DNA of 64,000 bases from Aulosira sp. ZfuVER01 (GTDB lineage Bacteria; Cyanobacteriota; Cyanobacteriia; Cyanobacteriales; Nostocaceae), in assembly GCA_034530615.2 (NCBI GenBank), contig JAVRCV020000051.1, forward strand, positions 1 through 64,000. The letters run 5' to 3'. The number at the start of each line of letters is the position of its first letter. The stretch's first letter is position 1. Of the stretch, positions 39,144-48,968 are shown piece after piece. The translations under genes were made by a program, and so were the position numbers. The notes beneath the pieces are model-generated. The model did not search any database. It was not told where the DNA came from and worked only from the letters and a program-made list of their open reading frames with translations.

Positions 39144-39527
39144 ATGTTTATTCGCTCTAGAGTTAATTTGCTGGGCAAAAATTACACTATCTATAATCAC
39201 TTTGATTTACGATCGATCCCGATCTTGGTAAAGAATCGGGGAAGACTTTGGTGTAAGCTAGAGGCTGGGTCAAATACCTTAATTATGAGTAATTTGATAA
39301 CAAATTATGAATCATGAGGTTGAAGCCCTTGGCGCTAGACATCAACTCCTGATAAATGACTTGTCACTAGACAGTATGATATAATCTTCTATCTGTGAAG
39401 TTGATATGTGTTGTTACTAGCTTTTCTGCGCTAGGATGAAATAGGTTTGGGCTGGCATGATATAGCTTGCCTAATAATTGCAATCGCGACAAAAAATTAC
39501 GGAGACTAGAACCAGGAACAAATTAGC

Positions 39528-40568
39528 ATGGTCAATCAGAATTTAACCGCTACAGAAATTGGATTTACACACGAAGATTTCGCTGCTCTACTTGATAAGT
39601 ACGATTATCACTTTAGCCCTGGTGATATTGTCCCAGGAACCGTTTTCAGTATAGAGCCGCGCGGCGCTCTGATTGACATAGGTGCGAAAACCGCAGCATA
39701 CATCCCTATACAGGAAATGTCTATTAACCGGGTAGATGCCCCGGAAGAAGTATTACAGTCTAACGAAACGCGCGAATTTTTTATTCTCACTGACGAAAAC
39801 GAAGATGGTCAGCTGACTCTTTCGATTCGTCGTATTGAATATATGCGGGCTTGGGAGCGTGTGCGCCAGCTGCAAGCTGAAGATGCTACAGTTCGTTCTG
39901 GTGTGTTTGCTACGAACCGTGGTGGTGCATTGGTGCGGATTGAGGGATTGCGTGGCTTTATCCCAGGTTCCCACATCAGCACTCGCAAGCCTAAAGAAGA
40001 ATTGGTAGGCGAAGAACTACCATTGAAATTCCTCGAAGTAGACGAAGAACGGAACCGCTTAGTTCTATCTCACCGTCGGGCGTTGGTTGAACGGAAGATG
40101 AACCGCCTCGAAGTTGGTGAAGTTGTGATTGGTACAGTGCGCGGTATTAAGCCCTACGGTGCCTTTATTGATATCGGCGGCGTTAGCGGTCTATTGCACA
40201 TCTCTGAAATTTCTCACGAACATATTGATACACCTCACAGCGTATTCAATGTCAATGATGAAGTGAAAGTAATGATCATTGATTTGGATGCAGAAAGAGG
40301 TCGGATCTCCTTGTCAACCAAACAGCTGGAACCCGAACCCGGTGACATGATTAAAAACCGCGATTTGGTTTACGATAAGGCAGAAGAAATGGCAGCCAAG
40401 TATCGCGAACAAATGCTAGCCAAACAACAAGGTGCTACTGCTGTTGCTGCTGAAGCTGTAGCTGAAGAAGACATCCCCTCAGCAATCGAAGAAGATATCC
40501 CCTCAGCAATTGAAGAAGATATCCCAGCAGCTATTGAAGAAGAAATTCCAGCAGCTATTGAAGAGTAA
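39528..40568 (+). CDS. rpsA: 30S ribosomal protein S1
   Basis: FTHEDFAALLDKYDYHF, three S1 domains. Confidence 0.97.
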   Translation: MVNQNLTATEIGFTHEDFAALLDKYDYHFSPGDIVPGTVFSIEPRGALIDIGAKTAAYIPIQEMSINRVDAPEEVLQSNETREFFILTDENEDGQLTLSIRRIEYMRAWERVRQLQAEDATVRSGVFATNRGGALVRIEGLRGFIPGSHISTRKPKEELVGEELPLKFLEVDEERNRLVLSHRRALVERKMNRLEVGEVVIGTVRGIKPYGAFIDIGGVSGLLHISEISHEHIDTPHSVFNVNDEVKVMIIDLDAERGRISLSTKQLEPEPGDMIKNRDLVYDKAEEMAAKYREQMLAKQQGATAVAAEAVAEEDIPSAIEEDIPSAIEEDIPAAIEEEIPAAIEE

Positions 40569-40610
40569 TACACTGGTATTTGTCTGTAATTAAAAACATG
40601 AAAGTTTTTC

Positions 40611-40637
40611 AAAAAGGGGGATTTTCCCTCTTTTTTT
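40611..40637 (+). terminator. Intrinsic terminator after rpsA
   Basis: aaaaaggggg-atttt-ccctcttttttt. Confidence 0.7.
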
Positions 40638-40703
40638 ATGGTATTCATGGGCACAATTTTGAATTTTTAATTGATATGTAAGGGTGAAAAAGGGTGAAAG
40701 ATT

Positions 40704-41438
40704 TTGGTAACTATTAAATGCGGAAATATCACATTTCCGAATATTCAAGCTATTTTGTTTGATAAAAACGGGACTTTAGAAGATTCAGAAGCGTATTTGC
40801 GATCGCTCGCACAAAGAGCCGCAAGATTAATAGACGCGCAAATTCCTGGTATTGGGGAACCCTTACTTATGGCATTTGGGGTTAATGGCAATAGCCTCGA
40901 TCCCGCAGGTTTAATCTCCGTCGCCAGTCGCCGCGAAACAGAAGTTGCCGCCGCCGCATATATTGCTGAAACTGGTAGAGGGTGGTTCGAGTCTTTAACA
41001 ATTGCCCGTCAAGCTTTGGATGAAGCCGAAAAATACATTGCTCAAACTCCTTCCCCACTGTTTGTTGGTAGCTTAGAGGTGTTGATGTCTCTTTCCGAAG
41101 CAGGATTAAAACTTGGTATCCTCTCAGCAGCGACAACTCAAGAAGTACAAAGCTTTGTAGCTCATCACAAGTTAAGTGATTACATCCAGCTAGAAATGGG
41201 AGTAGATGAAGGGCCAAGTAAGCCAGATCCCATCTTATTTTTAAAAGCTTGCCAAGGTTTAGGAGTAGAACCAAGCGCCACATTAATGGTTGGTGATTCT
41301 GTAGGTGATATGCAAATGGCACGCAATGCTAACGCCGCAGGTTGCATAGGGATCACTTGGATTGGGAAATCAGATCATGTTAAAGGTGCAGATGTGGCGA
41401 TTAACCAGCTTGAAGAAATTCAAATTTTTGCACTCTAA
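40704..41438 (+). CDS. HAD-family hydrolase
   Basis: ILFDKNGTL, SKPDP, MVGDSVGD; motif I reads DKNGT rather than DxDGT. Confidence 0.88.
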   Translation: MVTIKCGNITFPNIQAILFDKNGTLEDSEAYLRSLAQRAARLIDAQIPGIGEPLLMAFGVNGNSLDPAGLISVASRRETEVAAAAYIAETGRGWFESLTIARQALDEAEKYIAQTPSPLFVGSLEVLMSLSEAGLKLGILSAATTQEVQSFVAHHKLSDYIQLEMGVDEGPSKPDPILFLKACQGLGVEPSATLMVGDSVGDMQMARNANAAGCIGITWIGKSDHVKGADVAINQLEEIQIFAL

Positions 41439-41616
41439 AGGCGACGTAATAAGTAGCTTCCAAACAGCCTGGAGGGAAACTAAGTTTTTCCAATTAAACC
41501 AATATTTCCAAGCTTTTTGAAAAGTGGTGTCGGCAAAGCCTACTTGAAGCAACTGTAGTTACAGAAGGCAGAATTATTTTCTAAAACCTTCTGCCCTCTG
41601 CCTTCCTTGAGTCAAG

Positions 41617-42633
41617 CTACTTGCCAAACACACTGCCAAGGGCACGAGCCATATTTTGTGGTTGCATCGCATCCATCGCTGCTGTTGGTTCATAGCCACA
41701 GTGAACCATGCAATCGGCACACTTGGGATTACCACTGGCGCGACCGTATTGGCTCCAGTCGGTATCTTCTAGCAATTCCTTGAAGGTGGAATAATATCCT
41801 TCATTTAATAGATAGCAGGGTTTTTGCCAACCAAGAACGCTGTAACTTGGGCTACCCCAAGGTGTACATTCGTAGTCTTTCTCACCAGTGAGGAAGTCTA
41901 AGAATAGAGGGTTGTGATTGAAGTTCCAGTTTTTCTCTCCAGCTTTATGGGGGGCAAGGATTTCGCGGAAAAGGGCACGTGTTTGTTCGCGCTTGAGAAA
42001 GTGATTTTGGTCTGGTGCCCATTCGTAGCTGTAGCCAGGCGAAATCATCATGCCATCAGTATCCAGGGTTTCCAGGAAGTCGAAGAACTCCTGCATTTCT
42101 TTGGGGTCAGTACCCTCAAAAATGGTCGTGTTAGTTGTGACACGAAAACCCTTAGCTTTAGCAGCGCGAATGGCTTTGACAGCAATATCAAATACGCCTT
42201 GGCGATCGACACATTGATCGTGTAACTCGCGCATCCCATCTAAATGAACGCTAAAAGTTAAGTAATGGGAAGGTTGAAATTTATCCAGGCTTTTTTCTAA
42301 CAACAAACCATTGGTACACAAGTAAATATATTTCTTGCGCTCAACTAATCCCTTAACAATCTCATCAATTTGGGGATGTAGTAGCGGTTCTCCCCCAGGA
42401 ATTGAGACAACAGGTGCGCCGCACTCTTCCACAGCGGCGAAGCACTGTTCTGGGGTTAAATTTTGCTTGAGTATCTCTGGTGGATGCTGGATTTTTCCAC
42501 AACCATTACAAGCTAGGTTACACCGGAAAAGCGGTTCCAACATCAATACTAAGGGAAAGCGTTTGCGCCCTTTCAAGCGCTGAGTCACGAGATATTTCCC
42601 GATATCTATAGCTTGTTGTAAATTAATCGCCAT
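41617..42633 (-). CDS. hpnH: Adenosyl-hopene transferase, radical SAM
   Basis: [44 protein letters not shown]. Confidence 0.95.
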   Translation of the reverse strand: MAINLQQAIDIGKYLVTQRLKGRKRFPLVLMLEPLFRCNLACNGCGKIQHPPEILKQNLTPEQCFAAVEECGAPVVSIPGGEPLLHPQIDEIVKGLVERKKYIYLCTNGLLLEKSLDKFQPSHYLTFSVHLDGMRELHDQCVDRQGVFDIAVKAIRAAKAKGFRVTTNTTIFEGTDPKEMQEFFDFLETLDTDGMMISPGYSYEWAPDQNHFLKREQTRALFREILAPHKAGEKNWNFNHNPLFLDFLTGEKDYECTPWGSPSYSVLGWQKPCYLLNEGYYSTFKELLEDTDWSQYGRASGNPKCADCMVHCGYEPTAAMDAMQPQNMARALGSVFGK

Positions 42634-42675
42634 CGAACTGTTCACTCCTCTGTTACGTTGAAACACACCACATTC

Positions 42676-43728
42676 TCAGCTCCCAGATAAATCTGTAGGG
42701 CCTTTAATTTTGAATTTTGAATTTTGAATTTTGAATTCCCCTAAGGGGTTGACATATCCCCTACTAACAAACCAATCAACAGCATCCTGAAGTGCTATCT
42801 TCAGGGAAGACTGAGGTAAGCCCAACTCTTGTACTGCTTTTGAGGCATCGTAGTACATTGGTTGTTGAGCCATGCGCACACCATCTAATGGTACTGAGGG
42901 TGATTTTCCCAAAGGTGCGAGAATTTTTTCATCAACCCAAGCAACGCTAAGGGGTAGCCAAGCAGGTACAGCCTTTTGCGGTGCTTTTAACCCTGTAATT
43001 TGGGCGAGTTGTTCTAAAAGTTGCTTCAGGGTGAGATTTTGATGTCCTAAAATATAGCGATCGCCTGATTTTCCTCGCTGTAAAGCTAGTAAATGCCCCC
43101 AGGCTACATCGCGCACATCAATAAAATTCAGCCCTGTATCCACATAAAATGGCATTTGCCGTCGTAAAAACCGCAAGATAATATCACCTGTTGGCGTAGG
43201 TTTAATATCCAATGGCCCGATTGGGCTACTAGGATTGACCACAACTATTTCCTGACCTGCACTAGCTGCTTGCATGGCTACTTGTTCCGCCAGAAATTTC
43301 GACTTTTTGTAGTGACCAACCAATTTTTCCAAGGGACTCTGATGAGTTTCATCTACGACTTTACCAGATTCCCCTACCCCAATTGCAGCCACCGAGCTAG
43401 TATATACAGTGCGTTCAATCCCAGCTTTTTGCGCTGCTGCTAACACATTGCGCGTACCTTGGACGTTGTGGCGGTAGAGTAACTCTTGGTCTGTTTGCCA
43501 TAGGGAATAATGAGCTGCAACATGAAATAGGTACTGACAACCCAGCATTTGCTGCCAGAGATCTGAGTCATTTAGATCTCCCTGGACAATTTCTACCTCT
43601 AGCCCTTGTAAATTCTCTAGGTTGCTGCTGGGGCGTACCAGCGCCTTCACAGCATATCCTTCTTGCCGCAACCGCCGTACTAAGTGGGCACCGATAAAAC
43701 CCGTACCCCCAGTGACAAAGGCTTGCAT
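42676..43728 (-). CDS. hpnA: Hopanoid-associated sugar epimerase
   Basis: AFVTGGTGFIG, FHVAAHYSLW, YKKSK, DIKPTPTG. Confidence 0.92.
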   Translation of the reverse strand: MQAFVTGGTGFIGAHLVRRLRQEGYAVKALVRPSSNLENLQGLEVEIVQGDLNDSDLWQQMLGCQYLFHVAAHYSLWQTDQELLYRHNVQGTRNVLAAAQKAGIERTVYTSSVAAIGVGESGKVVDETHQSPLEKLVGHYKKSKFLAEQVAMQAASAGQEIVVVNPSSPIGPLDIKPTPTGDIILRFLRRQMPFYVDTGLNFIDVRDVAWGHLLALQRGKSGDRYILGHQNLTLKQLLEQLAQITGLKAPQKAVPAWLPLSVAWVDEKILAPLGKSPSVPLDGVRMAQQPMYYDASKAVQELGLPQSSLKIALQDAVDWFVSRGYVNPLGEFKIQNSKFKIKGPTDLSGS

Positions 43729-46451
43729 TAGGGAATCCACCTTTTTTGAAAACGCGGAAACCAATCATCTAATATGGCGTAGACCACAGGCACAACAATT
43801 AAACTGAGGACAGTTGAAGTTACCAATCCGCCAGCGATCGCAACAGCCATAGGCGATCGCAATTCTGAACCTGCACCTAAACCTAAGGCGATGGGAACCA
43901 TACCTAAGATTGTGGCCGCAGTGGTCATCATGATTGGTCTAAGGCGCACTGGCCCGGCTTTGAGGATAGCGTCTTTACGTTCCAGCCCAGAGTTACGCAA
44001 TTGGTTGATGTAATCCACAATCAGAATGGCATTCTTATTGGTGATACCCAACAAAAACACAAAGCCAATCAGTGAAATCATGCCGAAATCACTCTTAGTT
44101 ATTAGTAGCGCCAGCATCGCCCCCACCAAAGCTAAGGGCAAAGAAATGCCAATCACTACAGGGTCTACCCAGCTTTTAAATAGCCAAATCAGTACCACCA
44201 CAATGCAAAGAGCTGATAGAGCTAAGGTAGTGCCGAAACTGCCAAAAACTTCACCCAAACGGGCAGAATCTCCTCCCAGGTCTAAAGACACACCTGAAGG
44301 CAATACAGCTTTAGCTTCTGCTACTACCTTATCAGTAGCATCACCTAAAGACATATCTTTGCCCAGGTTAGCGCCAATATAAGCTACTCGTTGATTATTC
44401 AGTCTCTCAATCTGAAAAATTTGATCGTTTTGATTGCTTTCACCTGTAACAGTAACATCAGCAAATCCCGATAGTTTTACTAATCTGTCTTTAATTGCTT
44501 TAGCTGCCTTGCTGAGTTCTTTGAGGTCATTACCTCTTAATGCCAACTGTAAGGGTTTTTGACCACCAGTATCAACAAATTGAATATCTTCCACACTGGT
44601 TGTTACATTCGGCAGATTTGGTAAAGAAGTACGGAATTGCTCTTGTAATTCCGCAGTTGTGATTTTGCGGTCTTCCTTGAGCTTGACATAAATTGTGCCT
44701 TTATTTGGCTCACCTTCACGGGAACCAACGGTGGTAAATACTGTTTCTACAGCTGGTGATTTTCTTACGACCTCTTCCAGTTTCTTAGCAACTTGCAGAG
44801 AATCGTCTAAAGGATTAGAAATTGGCCGTTGGGATTGGGCATTAGCAATTTGTGAATTAGCTATTTCCCCTTGTCCCCCTTGTCCTGCTTGTGCTTGTGC
44901 TGCCTGTGCCTGTGCTGCCTTTAAATGCTCAGGTAAACTCAGGAGAGGAGCAGTGTAGGTAATATTAAATTCACCGCGATCGAGTTTGGGAATAAATCCC
45001 TTGGGAATCATGGGAACGATCGCTATACCCGCAATGAAGCTGAGTAAAGCTAAACTCATGACTATGCGCTTGTGATCCAAAGACCAAGACAGCAAATCTC
45101 GGTAACTTTGGGCAAAGCCAATCCATAGCTTAGATTCGCGACGGCGAGAATGGGACGATGCGGGTTTGAGCCAGTAGATAGAAAGTACCGGCGACAAAGT
45201 CCTGGCTACTAGCAACGAAGCCAGCATAGCAGCAGAAACAGTAATACCAAAGGGTTTGAAGAATTGACCAATTACTCCACCCATCAACCCAATTGGCAGA
45301 AAAACTGCGACTGCGGTAAAAGTTGCGGCTGTGACTGTCAGTCCAATTTCATTGGTAGCAATCAGCGCCGCTTGGCGGGGAGTTTCACCATCTTCGACGT
45401 GGCGCATGATGTTTTCTACATCCACAATCGCGTCATCGACAATACTACCAATCACCAAAGCCAAGGCTAACAGGGTAATGGTTTCTAGGTTGAAGCCAAA
45501 AAACGCCATGACTATAAATGTTGCCAACAAAGATGTCGGAATCGCCAAGGCAGAAATTAAGGTAGCTTGCCAATTCCACAAAAAGGGAAAGATGACAATT
45601 ACCGATAACACAATTGCTTCAATCAAAGCGTCGATTGTGGAATGGGTGGCGTTGCGGATATACTCAGCCTGAGTGGCGGCTAAAGTGAGTTGGACATCCT
45701 TGAGAGAAGACTGCAGCTTTTGGACTTCTTGCTCAACTCGGCTCACCACTTCCAAAGTATTGGCTGTGCCTTTTTTTATTACCTGAAATGCCAAAGCATC
45801 TTTACCGTTGAAGCGCACTAAGGTAGACCCGCCTTCCGGTAAAGCAGCTGTATTGGCTGCTAGCTGGGGAGGAGAAGTACTAGGCGCACCCAACAGCACT
45901 ACTTTTAGTACTCCTGGTAGTTTAGCGATCGCTGGCTGAATTTTGTCTTTTGCCAACTTCGTCAAATCAGTAAGATTCCCAGAAGGATTCTCAATGGCAT
46001 AACTAATGGCAGCTGACTCATTCAGATTCAGGGGAATAATTTTATAATTTGCTCCCTTAGTTAGAGTCAACTTTTTGAGCGCATTCTCGACTTTGCGTGT
46101 GGAATTTTCGAGATTTGTCCCGACAACAAAAGACAAACTAACCGCAGTTTGCCCTGGATAAGTGGATGAGCGAATATCCTCAATTCCTTCCAGTGATTGC
46201 AAACGCTGTTCTATTGGTTGAGTAAGTTTTGTCTCTGTATCCAGGGCTGATTCTATGGGGGCAGTAGCATTTACGACCACCACAGGAAAAGTAATGTCTG
46301 GAAACAAAGCATACTTGAGGGAACTGAAAGCCAAAAGCCCAGCTACCGTCACGGCAATCCAAAAACCTACCGTCAGCCACGAAAATTCAATCGCCAATCT
46401 AGAAATATTGAAGCGTTCTCGTGCAGATTTTGAGCTATTAGGCTTGACCAT
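43728..46451 (-). CDS. RND (AcrB/AcrD/AcrF-family) transporter with short periplasmic loops
   Basis: LFPDITFPVVVV, IVDDAIVDVENI, KNAILIVDY, RLRPIMMTT; stop overlaps the hpnA start (TAATG). Confidence 0.92.
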   Translation of the reverse strand: MVKPNSSKSARERFNISRLAIEFSWLTVGFWIAVTVAGLLAFSSLKYALFPDITFPVVVVNATAPIESALDTETKLTQPIEQRLQSLEGIEDIRSSTYPGQTAVSLSFVVGTNLENSTRKVENALKKLTLTKGANYKIIPLNLNESAAISYAIENPSGNLTDLTKLAKDKIQPAIAKLPGVLKVVLLGAPSTSPPQLAANTAALPEGGSTLVRFNGKDALAFQVIKKGTANTLEVVSRVEQEVQKLQSSLKDVQLTLAATQAEYIRNATHSTIDALIEAIVLSVIVIFPFLWNWQATLISALAIPTSLLATFIVMAFFGFNLETITLLALALVIGSIVDDAIVDVENIMRHVEDGETPRQAALIATNEIGLTVTAATFTAVAVFLPIGLMGGVIGQFFKPFGITVSAAMLASLLVARTLSPVLSIYWLKPASSHSRRRESKLWIGFAQSYRDLLSWSLDHKRIVMSLALLSFIAGIAIVPMIPKGFIPKLDRGEFNITYTAPLLSLPEHLKAAQAQAAQAQAGQGGQGEIANSQIANAQSQRPISNPLDDSLQVAKKLEEVVRKSPAVETVFTTVGSREGEPNKGTIYVKLKEDRKITTAELQEQFRTSLPNLPNVTTSVEDIQFVDTGGQKPLQLALRGNDLKELSKAAKAIKDRLVKLSGFADVTVTGESNQNDQIFQIERLNNQRVAYIGANLGKDMSLGDATDKVVAEAKAVLPSGVSLDLGGDSARLGEVFGSFGTTLALSALCIVVVLIWLFKSWVDPVVIGISLPLALVGAMLALLITKSDFGMISLIGFVFLLGITNKNAILIVDYINQLRNSGLERKDAILKAGPVRLRPIMMTTAATILGMVPIALGLGAGSELRSPMAVAIAGGLVTSTVLSLIVVPVVYAILDDWFPRFQKRWIP

Positions 46452-46566
46452 CTTGGAAAATCATCGTGCGGGTGACACAATTATTGTCATGCTACAGTAA
46501 TCACTTGCAGTTTGCGAGTTCGGGTACTCCCCAATCAGCAATATTGCTGATTGTTCTAACCTTGGT

Positions 46567-47031
46567 ATGACTCAATCTTTAGCTTTTGGGCTGTTTGGAA
46601 TTGCCCATGATCCTAAAGTATTGCTTGAGCAACTCTTCACAATTTTCGATCCAATTTTGGACAAAGAAGCTCGGTATATTGTCTTTTTTGTCAAATGGTT
46701 TACCTATATCCAAATTAATCGCGGTCAAGGACTTTTACCTCTGCGGATCGTCAGAACTCTCTAGTATTACGGAAAAGCACTGAGCAATTTAATTACCGCC
46801 TTTGGCGATTCCGATTCCAGTGGTATTGGTTTCACCGCTACTAGCGCAAGCACTTTCACCGACGACCTGACATTAGAAAAGTTTCTCGGAGTGTGCATTC
46901 AAGAAAATCGTCAAAGGATGAGTAAGTATGATTCCCGACTACTCAATCCAGAATTAATGCCCAGACTTGCTAGTATTGCGTTACGCACTTTTCAATTAAT
47001 ACCCCACCGACTCAAGCCTCAAACTGTATAA
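46567..47031 (+). pseudogene. Degraded ORF of unknown family with one in-frame TAG
   Basis: Frame stays open after TAG 46762-46764: YYGKALSNLITAFGD...LEKFLGVCIQENRQRMSKYDSRLLNPELMPRLASIAL. Confidence 0.5.
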
Positions 47032-47091
47032 AGGGCGTGTGGGGAAAGTGGAGAGAAATGGGACAAGGGAGAAACTGCGTTGTAAACTTAT

Positions 47092-47418
47092 GAGGCTTTT
47101 AGCTCCGTGAACGAGGCTTTTAGCTCCGTTAATGAGGCTTTTTGCTCCGCTAACGAGGCTTTTAACTCCGTGAACGAGGCTTTGAACTCCGTTCGCGAGT
47201 CTTTTAGCTCCGTTAATGAGGCTTTTTGCTCCGTTGACGAGTCTTTTAGCTCCGTGAATGAGGCTTTTAGCTCCGTGAACGAGTCTTTTAGCTCCGTTGA
47301 CGAGGCTTTTAGCTCCATTAATGAGTCTTTTAGCTCCATTAATGAGGCTTTTAGCTCCGTGAACGAGGCTTTTAGCTCTGTTAATGAGGCTTTTAGCTCC
47401 GTTAATGAGGCTTTTAGC
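47092..47418. repeat. 21-bp tandem repeat, about 15.5 copies (GAGGCTTTTAGCTCCGTTAAT)
   Basis: Contiguous units with no spacers; minus frame reads (TELKASL/F)n. Confidence 0.95.
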
Positions 47419-47454
47419 CTTGAAAATCTGAGCTTGACCAATGACTAATAACAA

Positions 47455-48147
47455 ATGACAGACATCCAACTAATTCTTGTACCCCAAGGAGCAGAGTATA
47501 AAGCTGTGAGTCGTGGCTTAACCCGTGTCACTAGCTCAAATACCACTGTAGTTCCTATTCCCGTGGGTGTAAAAGCTCTAAGCGCATATCTGCACAAATT
47601 GCAACAGGATGGAAGGTTGCGGAATCAACCACAAGCGAAAGTGCTATTGATGGGTTTGTGTGGTAGTTTATCCCCCAGCTACCCTGTAGGAAAAATCGTG
47701 TTGTATGAAAACTGTGTTTATCAGGGGAATGTGCGCGAGTGCAATGGCACTTTCACAGCACAGTTGTACTCAGCACTCAAAACTCATATCTCAGCACTCG
47801 ATTTAGTTAAGGGACTAACAAGCGATCGCGTGCTTTGTTCCGCTGTGGAAAAACGCCAACTTGGTGAGACTCTAGGAGCTGATGTTGTAGATATGGAAGG
47901 ATTTGCAGTTTTAGAGTTTTTCCATCAAGTGGGGGCATCAGTAGCAATGTTGCGTGTAGTCAGCGATGATTGTCAACATGATATCCCTGACCTGACATCG
48001 GCAATCAGCCCTGATGGTTCCCTGAAGCCTTTACCCCTAACATTAACATTACTTCGACAACCTATTGCGGCTACCCGTTTAATTCGAGGTTCCTTACAAG
48101 GATTGAAAGTATTAGAGGAAGTAACCGCGTTATTATTTTCTAGTTAA
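47455..48147 (+). CDS. Hopanoid-associated nucleoside phosphorylase (HpnG-like)
   Basis: LLMGLCGSL, ADVVDMEG, LRVVSDD; located in the hopanoid cluster. Confidence 0.8.
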   Translation: MTDIQLILVPQGAEYKAVSRGLTRVTSSNTTVVPIPVGVKALSAYLHKLQQDGRLRNQPQAKVLLMGLCGSLSPSYPVGKIVLYENCVYQGNVRECNGTFTAQLYSALKTHISALDLVKGLTSDRVLCSAVEKRQLGETLGADVVDMEGFAVLEFFHQVGASVAMLRVVSDDCQHDIPDLTSAISPDGSLKPLPLTLTLLRQPIAATRLIRGSLQGLKVLEEVTALLFSS

Positions 48148-48233
48148 TATCAGCCCCTTCTTGTGTTTTCTGGCAGAAAATAAATTTATGGATGTGCAGT
48201 GCAGTCGGTGAACAAAAAACGGGAACTACCCTT

Positions 48234-48812
48234 ATGACGCCACTTACATTAAACCTCAATTCTGTAATTAAACTGACTTCAGAAGAGTTTTATCAGCTGT
48301 GTCAAGATAACCCTGATTTAAAGCTAGAACGTAATGCCGCCGGAGAACTAATTATCATGCCGCCTACTGGAGGAGAAACGGGAAAAAGAAATTCTACTAT
48401 TAATGCACAACTGTGGCTATGGAATGAAGAAAACCAGCTGGGAGAAGTTTTTGATTCTTCTACGGGATTTACTTTACCAAATGGGGCTGACCGTTCTCCT
48501 GATGTGTCTTGGGTTGAGAAAAGTCGTTGGAATTCTTTAACTAAAGAACAAAGAGAGAAATTTATTCCTCTATGTCCTGATTTTGTAATTGAAATACTTT
48601 CACCATCAGACAGATTGCCAAAAGTTCAAGAAAAGATGCAAGAGTATTTAGATAATGGCTGTCGTTTAGGTTTATTGATTAATCGAAAAAAGCAAGAATT
48701 AGAAATATATCGTCCTAATCAAAAAGTTGAAATTTTACAAGCTCCTCAAACTTTTGCCGCAGAAGATGTCTTACCTGGATTTATATTAAATATGCAAAAA
48801 ATTTGGCAATAA
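48234..48812 (+). CDS. Uma2 family (PD-(D/E)xK) endonuclease
   Basis: GELIIMPPTGGETG, FDSSTGFTLPNGADRSPDVSW, CPDFVIEILSPSD. Confidence 0.93.
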   Translation: MTPLTLNLNSVIKLTSEEFYQLCQDNPDLKLERNAAGELIIMPPTGGETGKRNSTINAQLWLWNEENQLGEVFDSSTGFTLPNGADRSPDVSWVEKSRWNSLTKEQREKFIPLCPDFVIEILSPSDRLPKVQEKMQEYLDNGCRLGLLINRKKQELEIYRPNQKVEILQAPQTFAAEDVLPGFILNMQKIWQ

Positions 48813-48874
48813 AGGACAGCAATATCGCTATCATAAGCGTGATAGCAATACGGCTTACCTGTGAAGATTAATGA

Positions 48875-48962
48875 GAATTACCAATAGAATTACCAATAGA
48901 ATTACTAATTGGTAATTGAAAATTCATGAATTACAAATTACGAATTACGAATTACGAATTAT
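48875..48962. repeat. STRR-like array (GAATTACCAATA/GAATTAC)
   Basis: Tandem repeats between convergent genes. Confidence 0.8.
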
Positions 48963-48968
48963 CTGGGG

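Noticed and set aside
39144..39527. nrdR, found between psbT and rps1 in some cyanobacteria, or an ncRNA
   Set aside because: No ORF or recognisable remnant; only one hairpin near 39218-39241, too little to call
47092..47418. Possible CRISPR array
   Set aside because: Units are contiguous 21-mers with no unique spacers, and no cas genes are present
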